This document shows, piece after piece, positions 1 to 18,207 of a DNA stretch of 64,000 bases. Below the pieces are notes generated by a model. That model searched no databases. It was not told the origin of the DNA and saw only the letters and a program-made list of their open reading frames with translations. Both the position numbers and the translations under genes were made by a program. Each line of letters begins with the position of its first letter. Position 1 is the stretch's first letter. Source of the DNA: the human T2T-CHM13v2.0 reference genome, Homo sapiens. Location of the stretch: the NCBI RefSeq assembly GCF_009914755.1, contig NC_060934.1. One strand, given 5' to 3'.

Positions 1-805
1 ACTGCTTTGGGAAATACAGCTTGGAGCTTACAAAAGCCCTTTCCCTTCTTCTGATTTTTATATTATACTAAAATAGCATCATTTAAATGAGGTTCTGTTT
101 TTTTTTTTTAATTTTAAATCTCATCTCTGTCCTGTGATTTAAAGTTTTGACTGAGCCTTATATTTTTGCATCCTGGTTTTAAAAATCAACTAGTCTGTAG
201 GAATATGGTTTATAAAAACAACAACAACAAATCAACTAACCGGTGGACAAGCTTATCCTGGAGTGAAAGAAAAGGTGACCAACTCTCAGAGTGGTTAGGA
301 TCCCAAGTGGTTGGGTCCAGATTTCTAAGCGTTCATGGTTTTCTTCTTCCGGTTAGTTTTTTTCCCTAGGTTTCCAGCTGAATTCTGGTATGTGAAGCCA
401 TCGGTGGTGGCGGGAGGAAAATGTGTTTTCATCTCAGGAGTGCCACAAACAAATTGGACACTTTCAAGTCTTAGTTTAAATGCTCCACTTCTCCTAGGGA
501 GCAAGTGACCCCAAAGTGTGGTAGGTGTCCCCAGTTTTGGTTTTTCTACTAAAGCATTCAGTTGGAACTGCTTGTTTGACTTTGTTTCTTCCCCACTGGA
601 TGAGAGCAGCAGCCACCTTTGCTTCGCTGCCATATATCCTCAAGGCCTAGCTCAGTGCCGCACATAGTAGGTGTTTCGTTGGACGGCAGAGCAAGTGAAC
701 AACCTTACCTTGAATGCTGTGGTGGGTGCCCTGTTGATAAATGTTTTTGTGTTTTCAGAGACTCCTATCTGATTTCCTTTCCAATTTCTTTTTCTCCTGG
801 CTCAG

Positions 806-918
806 AGGACTTTATCAGCTCAGACTCCAAGGTCCGCGCAGCCACCCGGGAACAGTCAGAATATAAAAAGGAAGCAGCAGGACACGCCCGGAAGCCCTGA
901 CCACAGAGACGCGTCCAG
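806..918 (+). CDS. TACC2: TACC2 coding exon (113 nt, conventionally exon 3), RTLSAQTPRSAQPPGNSQNIKRKQQDTPGSPDHRDAS(S)
   Basis: Pyrimidine tract ttctttttctcctggctcAG acceptor and CCAG|GTAGGA donor. The translation matches the TACC2 N-terminus as I recall it. It ends in phase 2 and joins 33013 as AG|C (Ser). Not in the ORF track because there is no start codon in this frame. Confidence 0.95.
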
Positions 919-1305
919 GTAGGAGGCCAGCTCTGGAGGACTGATGCAGCCCAAGGACTGCCCCGCTCATTGCCTGCTCCAGCATTAGCTTTGCCCCATT
1001 TGCTTTGGAAACTGGACCCTTAGACACATGGTATCGTCCTCAGTGGTGAGATGTTCCAAGCAGTGGTTCACAGACCTCTCTGTGACTGGCTAGGCCTGCA
1101 TGATTGAAAAATTCATCCTGATTGCCTGCCCAAAGATGAAATTAGTAATTATAGACTTCCATTCCAGCCACACTCCAGAGTATCTTCATTGTCAGAACTT
1201 AAAATGGAAAACATCAAGGGTTCCCAGGGGTTTATCAGTGTCTAATCCGTGGCTAAGTGGAGTCTGTAACTCAGTGTGGTGGCCATTGCGGGCACTGGAC
1301 CATGA

Positions 1306-1717
<412 letters not shown>

Positions 1718-2130
1718 TGGTCACTGGCTCTTGTTATGAGCCACAGCCAGGCCCTAGGGCTCCCTGCCGGGGCTCTCTCCTGGGCCTCTCCCCATGTTGG
1801 CCCCACACTCATAGTTTTAGGGGATACAAGCAGTAGTCCAGCAGACTCGAGCACCTGGTGTCCAGCATGGACACAGGCCAGGCACGCTGGGGGCACTTAA
1901 TAACTGCTCGTGGGTTCAACTCGCAAACAGGCCATGGATTTGGTCAGAAAAACCCTGCAAAATTGGAGCCCAGCTCTCAGGAGTGTATCATGACAGGCCT
2001 TAAGGGAAGCAAATGAGCAGGAACTCTGTGGAACAAAAATGCAAAATGGAATGATAGGCCCCTGTCATAGACAATGCAACTTTGACTCACATGCTACTTC
2101 ATAGCTTTGCAAAACCTTGAGACTCAAAGT

Positions 2131-2133
<3 letters not shown>

Positions 2134-2164
<31 letters not shown>
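2134..2164 (+). repeat. T31 homopolymer
   Basis: 31 uninterrupted T residues with no adjacent Alu or L1 body. Confidence 0.95.
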
Positions 2165-2167
<3 letters not shown>

Positions 2168-2739
2168 TTGGGTAAGTCAGAGCAACCCCTGGTGGCAGGA
2201 ATTTTCATGCCTGGGGCATGGAAGTGGGTGGCTTGGGCTATGTGGCTTTCCAGAGGAAGTACTTGGGGCATCTTGGCAGGAGCTTTGGATTTCTTTAGGG
2301 AAATGGCAATCAGATGGGGCAGAGTGTTTTTTGCTGAGGGAATCAGAATGATCCCTCAAACAGCACCTTTGATCTCTATTCTCTGCTAAAGATGGTGCTT
2401 CCTCTACTTCCCCAGACCCCCGTGTCTGTTCCATTTCCATGAATTTTTCATCAGGGTCACAGGACAAAGGTTTTAGTCTTTGGTTCTAATGAGACCTCTG
2501 ACTTGGCTCTGGATGACTATGAAACTAGTGAATGCATTTGTCTTTTCTGGAATCCCACACAAGGGAAGCCACTGTGGCTGCTGAGGCCCAGGGTCCAGCT
2601 CTTCTCTTTCCCTCTTGGTGAGGTCCTGGGATCTCCTGAGGCCTGGGAATTGCTCGAGGCCTGTGTCACAGCTGGACTGAAGAGTAGCAGCAGCTCAAAT
2701 GTCTTTTGTTGCTTGTTCCCCAGCTTTAGTCAATTATTA

Positions 2740-3116
<377 letters not shown>

Positions 3117-3465
3117 TCACAATTAAAAACATGATTCTCCTCTATAAATGTGTGTGTGTCTATAGTGCAGGGCCCTGTACTAACTCAGAAACCATCTATC
3201 GAGAAGGAACAGGCCCTCCTACTCTGCAAGGGCTGACAGTGAGTCCATCGCTCCTGACGGAGCAGGGCTCCTGTGTGCGGTTTCAGTGAGTCACCTGTCC
3301 TTGGCGTCACCAACAAGGATAAAGAGCATTTATCATTCATTTTGCATATGGGTTCCAGACACTATGCCAAATGCTCTGTGTGTGCAATAGATCATTGCAT
3401 TTTTTTTAAAACCTATTCGGTTCTGATCCTGAGTCCTTACCTGCCAGGCTGGTGGGTATGCCAAG

Positions 3466-3824
3466 TGTATTAGTCCGTTTTCACACTGCTGATAAAGATA
3501 TACCCAAGACTGGGCAATTTACAAAGAAAAGAGGCTTAATGAAGAACTTACAGTTCCACGTGGCTGGGGAAGCCTCACAATCACGGTGGAAGGCAAGGAG
3601 GAGCAAGTCACATCTTATGTGGATAGCAGCAGGTAAAGAGAAGAGAGCTTGTGCAGGGAAACTCCCGTTTTTAAAACCATCAGATCTCGTGAGACCCACT
3701 CCCTATCATGAGAACAGCTTGGGAAAGACCAGCCCCCATGATTCAGTCACCCCCCCAGGTCCCTCCCGCAACACGTGGGAATTCAAGATGAGATTTGGGT
3801 GGGGACACAGCCAAACCATTATCA
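3466..3824 (-). mobile_element. THE1-family MaLR solo LTR
   Basis: TG...CA ends. The reverse complement begins with ...ATGGTTTGGCTGTGTCCCCACCCAAATCTCATCTTGAATTCC, typical of THE1. Confidence 0.9.
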
Positions 3825-5300
3825 CCCAGGGCAGCCATCCTTGGGACTTCTCTCTCCAGAGCCTGGTGCATTGAGACCATCATCCATTCCCTCCCCAACC
3901 CCAGCACCTTCCCTGTGATGCCAGTGACCACACTGCCCCTCAGGCTGAGGGACTGTGCTGCTTCTCCACAACCGTAGGCAGGAGGAAATCTTTGGCGAGG
4001 CTTTGGGAGCCCATGACCGCTTCCTCGAGCACCCTCCCTGCTCATTCCCCTCTGAACCAGAGGACACGGTCTGGAAGTAGAGAGGGACTCTCAGAGGTTC
4101 CCCACTGTTCAGGGCCCTTTCTCTCCACTCTCAGGCGCATTGGCCTTGAGGCATCTGTCCCTTGGCCTCATTGGACAACCAGCATTTTCTCTTCAAAGGA
4201 TGTAAGTTTTTACAAAAGGTGGGAAGACGCATTGACCTGCAACTCTTTCTGTTTTCTACTTGGAAAAATCCAGAGGCAAAAAACACAGAAGGGCCTGCAG
4301 TGGCCACCTGCTGGGCATGGAGCGAGGGAAGAATATAGGCAGAATGCGTGTGTGAATATTCCCAAAGATGGTCCCTCTGCTCAGGCATCATCTCCACTCT
4401 ACAGATGAGGAAACTGAGGCTTGCAGCATGATGTAATCTACCTTAGAGGTAGAAAGTCCATTGTTTCTCCTCGAGGCTCTTCCCTCCCTCTGAATTATGC
4501 TAGAACATGGGGTTTACTCATCCCCAAAGTTCTTCAATAGGAAGAGTGGGGTCCCATCAATTCGACTGTCTTGCTTTTCTGGTTGCCACGTGGTGGCGCT
4601 GTTGTAACTTAGCCCAGCGTAGTTCAACCATCCAGAGTCTGGGACATGCCTCCCTGATGACCATCCCTGCACAGGCCCCTGGGTTCTTGAGGGAGAATGA
4701 TCCTAGCCTCCTAGGGTGAAGCTTAACCCCAGTAGCATCTCTTTCTGCTCAGCAGTGTCCATGCCAGTACAGCTGATGTAGCAGTACAGCTGATTAGCAG
4801 TCTGGACTGGTCCCTGGTCCGCCCTTCTTGGATATCATCAACCAGGGACTGAGCAGCTTTTTCCTTTTAGATCCTTAAGACACAACTGATTTTATCTTAC
4901 AACCTTTTGCCAGATAATGGAGCTATTAATATTAGGTTGTACCAGAGGAAATTACCATTTAGTTAGGTCAAAAATTGTTGGTCATTGGCCATTTCCTGTG
5001 CTTCCATTTCCTGTGCTCCTTCTTCTGAAAAAGGTCAAGGGCAGTGTTTCGAGATGACCGGCTTTTCTCAGGGAGTGAGAATCAGGCAGGGAGTGACCTT
5101 GAGTGATTTCTAGCTGAATTCCCGGCGCCTTTGGTTTCTGACCACAGTGCTTAGGCTCCCAGGCAATGGTAATTGACACAAGACCAAACAGATCTCCCAA
5201 ACAAGGCTTTGTGAGGGGCTTATGTTTGAACACAAGGGAGAGAGCGCTGGAGCAAAGTTCTCCGGCTGGCTCCCCGAGGACAGGTCTTTTTGGTGTTTTA

Positions 5301-5707
<407 letters not shown>

Positions 5708-5744
5708 TTAGGGCATATATTGCATGATCAAAAAATGGCAGATA

Positions 5745-6110
5745 TGCAGCCATAAAAAAGAACGAGATCATGTCCTTTGCAGGGACATGGATGGAGCTGG
5801 AGGTCATTATCCTTGGTAAACTAACACAGGAACAGAAAAGCAAACACTGCATGTTCTCACTTATAAGGGGAGCTAACTGATGAGAACACATGGACACATA
5901 GAGGAGAACAACACATACTGGGGCCTATTGGAGGGAGGAGGCTGGGAGGAGGCACAGGATCAGGAATGATAACTAATGGGTACTAGGCTTAATACCTGGG
6001 TGATGAAATAATCTGTACAACACACCCCCATGACACGAGTTCACCTGTGTAACAAACCTGCACTTGTGCCCTTGAACGCAAAATAAAAGTTTATGAAACA
6101 AAACAAAACC
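5745..6110 (+). mobile_element. 5'-truncated L1 3' end (older L1PA type)
   Basis: GCAGCCATAAAAAAGAACGAGATCATGTCCTTTGCAGGGACATGG 3' UTR signature and A-rich tail. Perfect 16-bp TSD CAAAAAATGGCAGATA (5729-5744, 6111-6126). Confidence 0.92.
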
Positions 6111-6419
6111 CAAAAAATGGCAGATAAGCCCCACCTGGGTGGGAATTTTGGTATTACGATGAGCCAGTGGGTGAAGATGGGTCATTCTGGACTTGTGCGT
6201 ATGCGGGCAATAGGGTTAACTTCCTTGAATAAGATGATGGTGGAATGCTGCTAACCTTAGCTTCTTCAAGGTCTCTTGGTCAGCGGGGATGGCACTGGAT
6301 GGGGTATGCAAGGTCTAGTAGAATCCTGGTGGGGGCCAAGTCCCATCCATACCCTGTCTCACTTTGTCACTGAATGAAGGAGAGTGGAAACTCAACAGCC
6401 TGGAGTCTTAGCTGTTATC

Positions 6420-6920
<501 letters not shown>

Positions 6921-7104
6921 CATTCTGCCACGCGGCTGTGTGACCACCTCAGCCCAGTGCTGTTGGGGCTCAGAAGAAGCCTTCCCTGAGAGCTGGAGTG
7001 GACAAGGAGGGTCTCCTGGCAGGGGTGGAGGGAGCTTGAGTGAAAGGGGCAGACTCTAGAGGCCATTCCAGGCAGGGGCAGAATTCCTGAACTGGACCTC
7101 TCTA

Positions 7105-7591
<487 letters not shown>

Positions 7592-7893
7592 AAACAAGGG
7601 CTTATGCATGCCAGGAAAGTGTTCTGAAGATAAGGGTGAGGCACTGACTGGTGCACTGGAGGGGTGGAGGGTGCCGGCTGGAAGGGGCACTAGGGGATGT
7701 TGTTGTAGTAGAGGAATGGTGGCCAGAAGGAATCCCAAGGGAGAACCCACAGAACCCGGTGACTGCCTGGGTGTGGGCGGAAGAGGTGGAGTCAAAGAAT
7801 GAGAAATAAAAGTAAAATCCTAAGCCCCCCATCCAGCTGAACAGACTCCCTCTTGGCCAAAGGGACCCTAAAGAAGCCTTAAAAACTAAGTTT

Positions 7894-8213
<320 letters not shown>

Positions 8214-8629
8214 AAAAACTGAGTTTGGAGCCCTGAGAGGATGGAGGTCAGACAACCTTCCCGTACCTGCTCCCTCGCTAGATGATGTTAGACTTCTTTC
8301 CTAAGGGTTCAACAGAAACAAGCAAACCAGCCCTTTCGAAAGACTTGCTCCACCACTGGTTTCAGCTAGATCCCCTTCCCTTTTGTGGTTTCCACACAAC
8401 AACTGACCAGCATTCCTTCCACACAAGAGACCACCCACCATGGAGTGGTTCAGCACCCTGAGTGCCTTCGCACCCTCTGCGTCACCTTTTAATGTATAAA
8501 GCCTAATTTTAGCGCATTTAAATGTTGTCTACACCACAAAGTGAGCATGGGGTGTAACATGTCCATTTGCTTACTATGCATGCACGCCCCTCTTCATGAA
8601 TACTCATAGCTCTTCCTATAATCTGTTGA

Positions 8630-9080
<451 letters not shown>

Positions 9081-9267
9081 ACTGCAACTCTTTATAAGAA
9101 ATAAGCTTTCCTCCCCAAATTTATGAACCTCATGATTCTTCAGTTGACAAGAAGATGCTAAGGTTCTGGATCAAGAACCCAAAAGAAAGATCCAACATTA
9201 AACACTGGGACATCTAAAGTGAGAGCTAGGCCATGCGTGAGCCACTGAGCCCAGCCCCCTCTGTGTG

Positions 9268-9588
<321 letters not shown>

Positions 9589-10191
9589 TCCATCTGTGTT
9601 TTTAATAAGCACCCCAGGTGATTCTTCTGAGGAGGGAAATTTAAGGAATGGTGAGCTATTGCCAGGACCAGTTTATCAGAATTGACTGGGATATCAGTTA
9701 AAGTACCCGTTTCCTGAACACCCCCCTCCCCCCTTGAAGAGTCTGAGCCAGTAGATTTGGGATGAGACCCCTAAATCTGTGTTTGTAATAAGAATCCCAT
9801 GAGATTCTCATGAGAAAGCAAGTTTGGGAGACACTGACCAGGGTTTACCCCCAGGCCAATAAGGATAGCTAACTTTTGTTTGCGCTTTGGATAATTCGCA
9901 TACAGACTCATGCCCCCTCTCCTGTTCTCTCCTCTTTTTTTTTTCCAACATATATTTACTGGGCAGCCATTCTGTGCCTGCTCCTGCACTAGGTGGTGAG
10001 GATGCAGCTGGCAGCACGCACCATGGGAGCTCTGCTCCGGTGGGTAAATACACTGTAGTTAAGGAGTTAGACATTGAGCAAGGAAACAAATAGAACAGAG
10101 ACACTTTTGGGTGGTGTGGAGGCTCTGAAAGGTACCCAGCAGGGTGTCAAGCTAGAGAGTAACAGGGAAAGTGGCTACTTTAGATTAGACC

Positions 10192-10368
10192 TGCCATTCT
10201 CAAAGTGGGGTTCTGGCCCAGTGGTCTCAGCATCACCTGGGAATTTGTTAAAAATGCAAAGCTTTGACCCCACTCCCACTCACTGAACTAGAAACTCAGG
10301 GTGGGGCCTAGTGATGTGTGTTTTAACAAGCCCAGGGATCTGGCACTCCTAAGGTTTGAGAACCACTG
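10192..10368. mobile_element. MER5A hAT element within an L2 relic (~9940-10620)
   Basis: TTCTCAAAGTG...CAGCATCACCTGGGAA...TTTTAACAAGCCC...TTTGAGAACCACTG. Confidence 0.8.
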
Positions 10369-10947
10369 GATTAGATGGCCAGAGAAGGAGGTGATACAGG
10401 AACTGCGTCTGGAATGACAAAAAGGCAGACATGGAAGACCTAGGGGACCAGGCATTCCAGGTGGAGGGACAGGCCTTGCAAAGGGCTTAAGGAGGAAGAA
10501 TTCCCTGCTTTAGAGGAATGGGTGACCATTGAGGCAGTGAGAGATGGCGAGGTGGGCAGGGGCCTGATCAGCCAAGCCTGGACCCTGAAGGCCATGGTGA
10601 GGAACTTGGATTTCCTTCTGGTGCTGGGGATGCAAGCAAGACTGGGGCCAGGCGGTCAAAGAAGGGGCCCAGGTAGAGCCCCAGGCAGAGCCCCAGGCAA
10701 ATCCCCAAGCAAGATGTGGTACCTGGAACTAGGGCAGGGTTTCTCAAGCTCGTTTTTATTGCCACTCACTCCTGGCTGCCTGCAAGGAAGTTAGAGACAT
10801 TTATTCCTCATTGCCTTTCCCTCTCCAAGAAAGTTCAATACCACAGGAATGCTGTATATGTTTCTGTGCTATGGCCTTTGAGGCCACAGACTATTGTACT
10901 ATCTAAGGCTCTTTTCACCTCTCAAGAACCAATTTTCACCCCACCTA

Positions 10948-11841
<894 letters not shown>

Positions 11842-12391
11842 TCAGGACAAAGTGCCGACTATCACAGACCCGGGCTTGTGCTGGGGGAATCCCAGGAAGG
11901 CCTGGCATCTTTGAGAGAAAAGCAGAGTTCTCCTTTCTGCTTCAGGGACAGCTCATTTCCTGCTCCATGCCCAGCTCCTTAGCACCCCAGCCTTTTTAGG
12001 GGGTCGGTGTCTTAGTCCATTTAATCAACACGGGCCCACTACACACTACAGGTCAAGCTCTGGGCTGGACCAGAGGCACGAAGATGAGCAAGATGTCCAG
12101 TCCAGTCTAGAGAAAGGCATGCAAATGAATAATTCTAGAACAAGCTAAATGCCCTAGGTGGGGTCTCTGGGAGCACAGGGGCGGGGAGAGAGGGGCTGGC
12201 TCTGCTGGGGAGAACCAGGAGAGGTCTCCAGGGGAGGTTTCTTGGGGCTAGGTCTTCAAAACTGAGTAGAAGTAGAGGGTTATGGGGAAAAGACAGTCCC
12301 AGGCAGAGAACAGCTGTCCCTATCGTAGATCCACAGGAAACAGAATTTAAGAAGGACTAGACACATAAACTTTAGGACATGTCAGAGCGGC

Positions 12392-12978
12392 TTTTTTTTT
12401 TTTTTTTTTTTTTTTGAGACGGAGTCTCGCTCTGTCACCCAGGCTGGAGTGCAGTGGCACCATCTCCGCTCACTGCAAGCTCCGCCTCCCTGGGTTCACT
12501 CCATTCTCTGCCTCAGCCTCCTGAGTAGCTGGGACTACAGGTGCCCGCCACCACGCCTGGCTAATTTTTTGTATTTTTTAGTAGAGACGGGGTTTTACTG
12601 TGTTAGCCAGGATGGTCTCAATCTCCTGACCTTGTGATCTGCCCGCCTCGGCCTCCCAAAGTGCTGGGATTACAGGCGTGAGCCACCACGCCTGGAGTTT
12701 CACTCTTGTTGCCCAGTCTGGAGTACAATGACGCCATCTTGGCTAACCACAACCTCCACCTCCCGGGTTCAAGTGATTCTGCCTCGGCCTCCGGAGTAGC
12801 TGGGATTACAGGCATGCGCCACCACGTCCGGCTAATTTTGAATTTTTTTTTTTTTTTAGTAGAGACAGGGTTTCTCCATATTGGTCAGGCTGGTCTCGAA
12901 CTCCCGACCTTAGGTGATCCACCTGCCTCGGCCTCCCAAAGTGCTGGGATTACAAGCATGAGCTACTGTGCCAGGCCC
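12392..12978 (-). mobile_element. Two fused Alus (12392-12695; 12694-12978, tail missing)
   Basis: Alu consensus twice, joined at CCTGG|AGTTTCAC. Confidence 0.93.
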
Positions 12979-13294
12979 AGAGCTTCTTTACATCTGGGAG
13001 ATAGGAGGTGTAGCATAATATTAAGCTCAACCTCTTGGCTTTTTCAGAAGACAAACTCCTAGTTAGAACAAAAACATCTTTGGTGTGGATAGCAGCAACT
13101 ATGGGGAAGGGTTTAGAAAGATGGTTTGAAAAAATGAACTAAATGGGCTTTAAATGGAAGGCCAGGATGTTTCTTACTCCTCCGTTTCACTGTCATTTGT
13201 GGAATCGGTCTGCTGCAGGCTGGGCATTGGGCCTAGGGCTACACACATCACCTCACCCGGCAGCTCTGTGTGGATGGCTGTAGATGACCCAAGG

Positions 13295-13410
13295 GGGCCT
13301 TATGAGGAAATCAGGGCTCAGAGAGGTTAAGGAACTTGTTCTAGGTCACACAGACAGAATGTGGCAGGGCGGGGACTAGAACCGAGGCTGGTTTGATCCA
13401 CCTGAAACCC
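13295..13410. mobile_element. MIR fragment (others near 4395, 27100, 28150, 30130, 42250, 44020, 45400-46030, 48850, 51500)
   Basis: ATGAGGAAATCAGGGCTCAGAGAGGTTAAGGAACTTGTTCTAGGTCACACAG MIR core. Confidence 0.7.
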
Positions 13411-14139
13411 AGACTCGTAACTGACTCTCACAGGTGTCTGAAGTGTTTGTGTTCTGGTCTCCATATTAGAAAGTGAACCTTGGTCAATCCTTAACATTTA
13501 GTTTTCCTATAAACAGGGTCAGTTCTTAGCAGAAAAAAGAAAAATCAGAAAGATCTAAGCTGTGTTTTGCACATCGGCCCGGGCCAGCTCTTACAGACAG
13601 AGCCCTGTATTTCCCAGGCGGCCTGCTCTGTTCCTTCCAAACTTGGGAGGACTCTAAGATCAATTCCCAGGCTCCTGCCCAGCCAGGGTGTGTCGGGCAG
13701 AGCGCAGAGCAGCCTCCGCCCCTCCTTGTCCTGCTTCTGACTCATTATTTATCTTTGGCAGGAAGTAAACACAGAAAGGAGAGTGGGAGGGAGAGGAGGA
13801 GTGAGCTCCTGACTTTTGACGCTGGCTGAAAAGGAAGATCATGTGCTGAATTAGGTGTGTGTCTGTTTTCTGCTCCTCTGGTTTCAACAGAGCATTTGAG
13901 GCTTTAAACAACAGGGGAAGAGGAGTATTTTTCCATTAGGAGATAATACCCATTTATTGTAGCAACTTGGAACATAGCGAAGAGTGCAGAGTGGAGAGGA
14001 AAAAATCACCAATGCTCCTACCATATGCAGACAATGGCTTTCAAAATATTAGTGTTTTCCTCACACTCTTCTTTTTTCTAGTTCTTTTCTTTATTGATTG
14101 TGAGATAGCTATATTTTGTTAGGTGGTATATTAAGTGTG

Positions 14140-14584
<445 letters not shown>

Positions 14585-14779
14585 TTAAAAATAATTAATA
14601 GGCTATTTTCAGAACAGTTTTAGGTTACCGAAAAATCGTGTAGCTATTACAAAAGAGTTCCCATGCACACTTCCCTCCTCCATACAGTTTCCCCTATTAT
14701 TAACACCTCACATTAATGTGGTATATTTGTTTCAACTAATGGGCCAATATTGATACATTATTATTAACTAAAGTCTATA

Positions 14780-14982
14780 CAGTAAGTTCTCCCTCAGTGT
14801 CATTAATATGTTCTTAGAAACTGCAATTTTAAGTGAAATGATGTATAATGAGACCAGTCTTTTTGTCATCATTTTACTGAAACTACATTGAACAAAACCA
14901 CATTATTGGAGAGCCTACTCTATAACTATTTGCTCAAAGTTGCAGTTTCCAAGAACCACTGGACAACATTGAGGACTTACTA
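14780..14982. mobile_element. MER6-family (Tigger-type) palindromic MITE
   Basis: Terminal inverted repeats CAGTAAGTTCTC...GAGGACTTACT and internal inverted arms TTCTTAGAAACTGCAATTTT / AAAGTTGCAGTTTCCAAGAA, at a TA site. Confidence 0.7.
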
Positions 14983-16391
14983 TCGTTTACATTAAAGTTC
15001 AGTTTGTGTTGTACATTCTGATGAATTTGACAAATGCATAAGGTCATGTATCCGTCATTATGATATTAGTTTCACTGCCTTAAAAACCCCTTAGGCTCCA
15101 CCCATTCCCCTCCCTCCATCCTCCCACATTCTTGGGAATCACTCTCTTTTTAGTGTCTCTATAGTTTTGTTCTAATTCCTTTTTTATTGGTATCAGATAC
15201 ATACTGTGAGTTGTCTGAATTTGAGAGCTTGATGAATGCTTATAGTCCTGTATAGATCTAGGTCATTTTCATCATACCAGATTGTTCTCTCTTGTTCCTT
15301 CCCAGTCAATACCCCTGCCCAAGAGTAACAACTATTCTGACTTCTATCACCATTGATTGGTTTTGACAGATCTTGAACTCTATATAAATGGAAGCAAATA
15401 GTATGTATGCTTTGCTCTCTGGCTTATTTTATACACGGATACTTGTTGATTTAAAAAAATTTTTTTATTGTGGTAAAGGGCAGAACATAAAATTTACCAT
15501 CTTAACCGTTTCTAAGTGTACAGTTCAGTAGTATTAGGTATAATCACATTGTTGTTTGACCAGTGTCTCTGTAGTTTCTTAGCTGAGAAGCTGGCATCAT
15601 TGATTTGAGACCTTATTAAAATATAGGCATTTTAGTGCTATAAATGTCACTCTGAGACCTGTTTTAACTGCGTCCCACAAATTTTGATATTTCTGTTTTC
15701 ATTTTCATTCTGTTCAAATACTTTACAATTTCCTTCTTTCTTTCTTCTTTTACTCATGGACTATTCAGAAATGTGTTATTGTTTCCAAATAGTTGGGGAT
15801 TTTCCAGATATCTTTCTGTTATTGATTTCTAATTTAATTTCATTGTAGCCAGATAAGATACTTTGTATAATTTGAATCATCTCAAATTTATGCACAGAAT
15901 ATGGTCTCCCTTGTACGTGTTCCATCTGTACTTGAAAAAAATGTTATTTTGCTATTATTGGATGGTGTTAAAAAAGTGTTAATTAAGTCAAGTTGGTCAT
16001 AGTGTTGTTCACGTCATCTGTATCCACACTGATTTTCTATCCACTTGTTCAATTATTGAGAGAGGGGTTTGGAAATACCAGACTATAATTGTGGATTTGT
16101 CCATTACTCCTTTCAGTTCTAGCAGTTTTTGCTTCTTGTGTTTTGAAGCTCTGTTATTTGATAAAAATTTTTAGAATTTTTAATGTTTATTTTAGAATGT
16201 ATAAAATTTTAGAATTTATATGGATAAATTGAATCCTCTATCATTATAACATTATGTTCTTTATGCCTGTAATATTTTTTGCTGCAAAATCTACTGTCTT
16301 AAATAATATAGACACAACAGCCTGATTAGTGTTTGCATAGTACATCTTCCCCTTCTTCCATTGTTTTACATTTAGCCTATTTGTGCTTTAA

Positions 16392-17069
<678 letters not shown>

Positions 17070-17689
17070 TAAAAATCTGTAGCTTTTAACTGGAGTGTTT
17101 ATAACATTCACATTTATTGTGATTATTAATATGGTTGGTTTAAATCTATAGTCTTATTCCATTTTTCCTCCTTTTTTGCCTTCTTTTGGATTATTTTATT
17201 AGCTACAACTATTTGTGTTATTTTAGTGGTTGCTTTAAGAAGTACAATATACATCTTTAATATCTCACAATCTACTTTCACAATGATTATATCATTTTAC
17301 ATTTATTAGAAGAGGCTTACAACAATATGCTTCCATTTCTTCTGTTTCAGACTTTGTTCTATTTGGTCTTTATATATAAGCTACACATCCCATAATACAT
17401 ATTATTTGTGCTTTAATCAGCCAATTATCTTTTAAAAGAGATTTAAGTAACAAGGAAAAAGAGACTGTATTTACTTGCATAGTTACCATTTTCTGGGTGT
17501 TCTTTATTCTGTTGTGTAGATCCTGATTACCATTTTGTATTCTTTTCTTTTTGCTTGAAGGTCTTCCTTTAACATTTCCTGAAATGTAGGTCTGCTAGGG
17601 GTTATTCTTTTAGCTTTTGTATGTCTGGAAAAATCTTTATTTCACCTGGTTTAGAAAAATATTTTGTCTGGGCAAAGATTTCTAGGTAG

Positions 17690-18207
<518 letters not shown>

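Noticed and set aside
619-900. 93-aa ORF overlapping the first exon
   Set aside because: Wrong frame; the splice-consistent TACC2 frame starts at 806.
10666-10712. Short tandem repeats (12-bp GCCCCAGGCAGA; also near 4989, 23808, 41030) as CRISPR-like arrays
   Set aside because: No spacers, few copies and a eukaryotic intron; ordinary slippage duplications.
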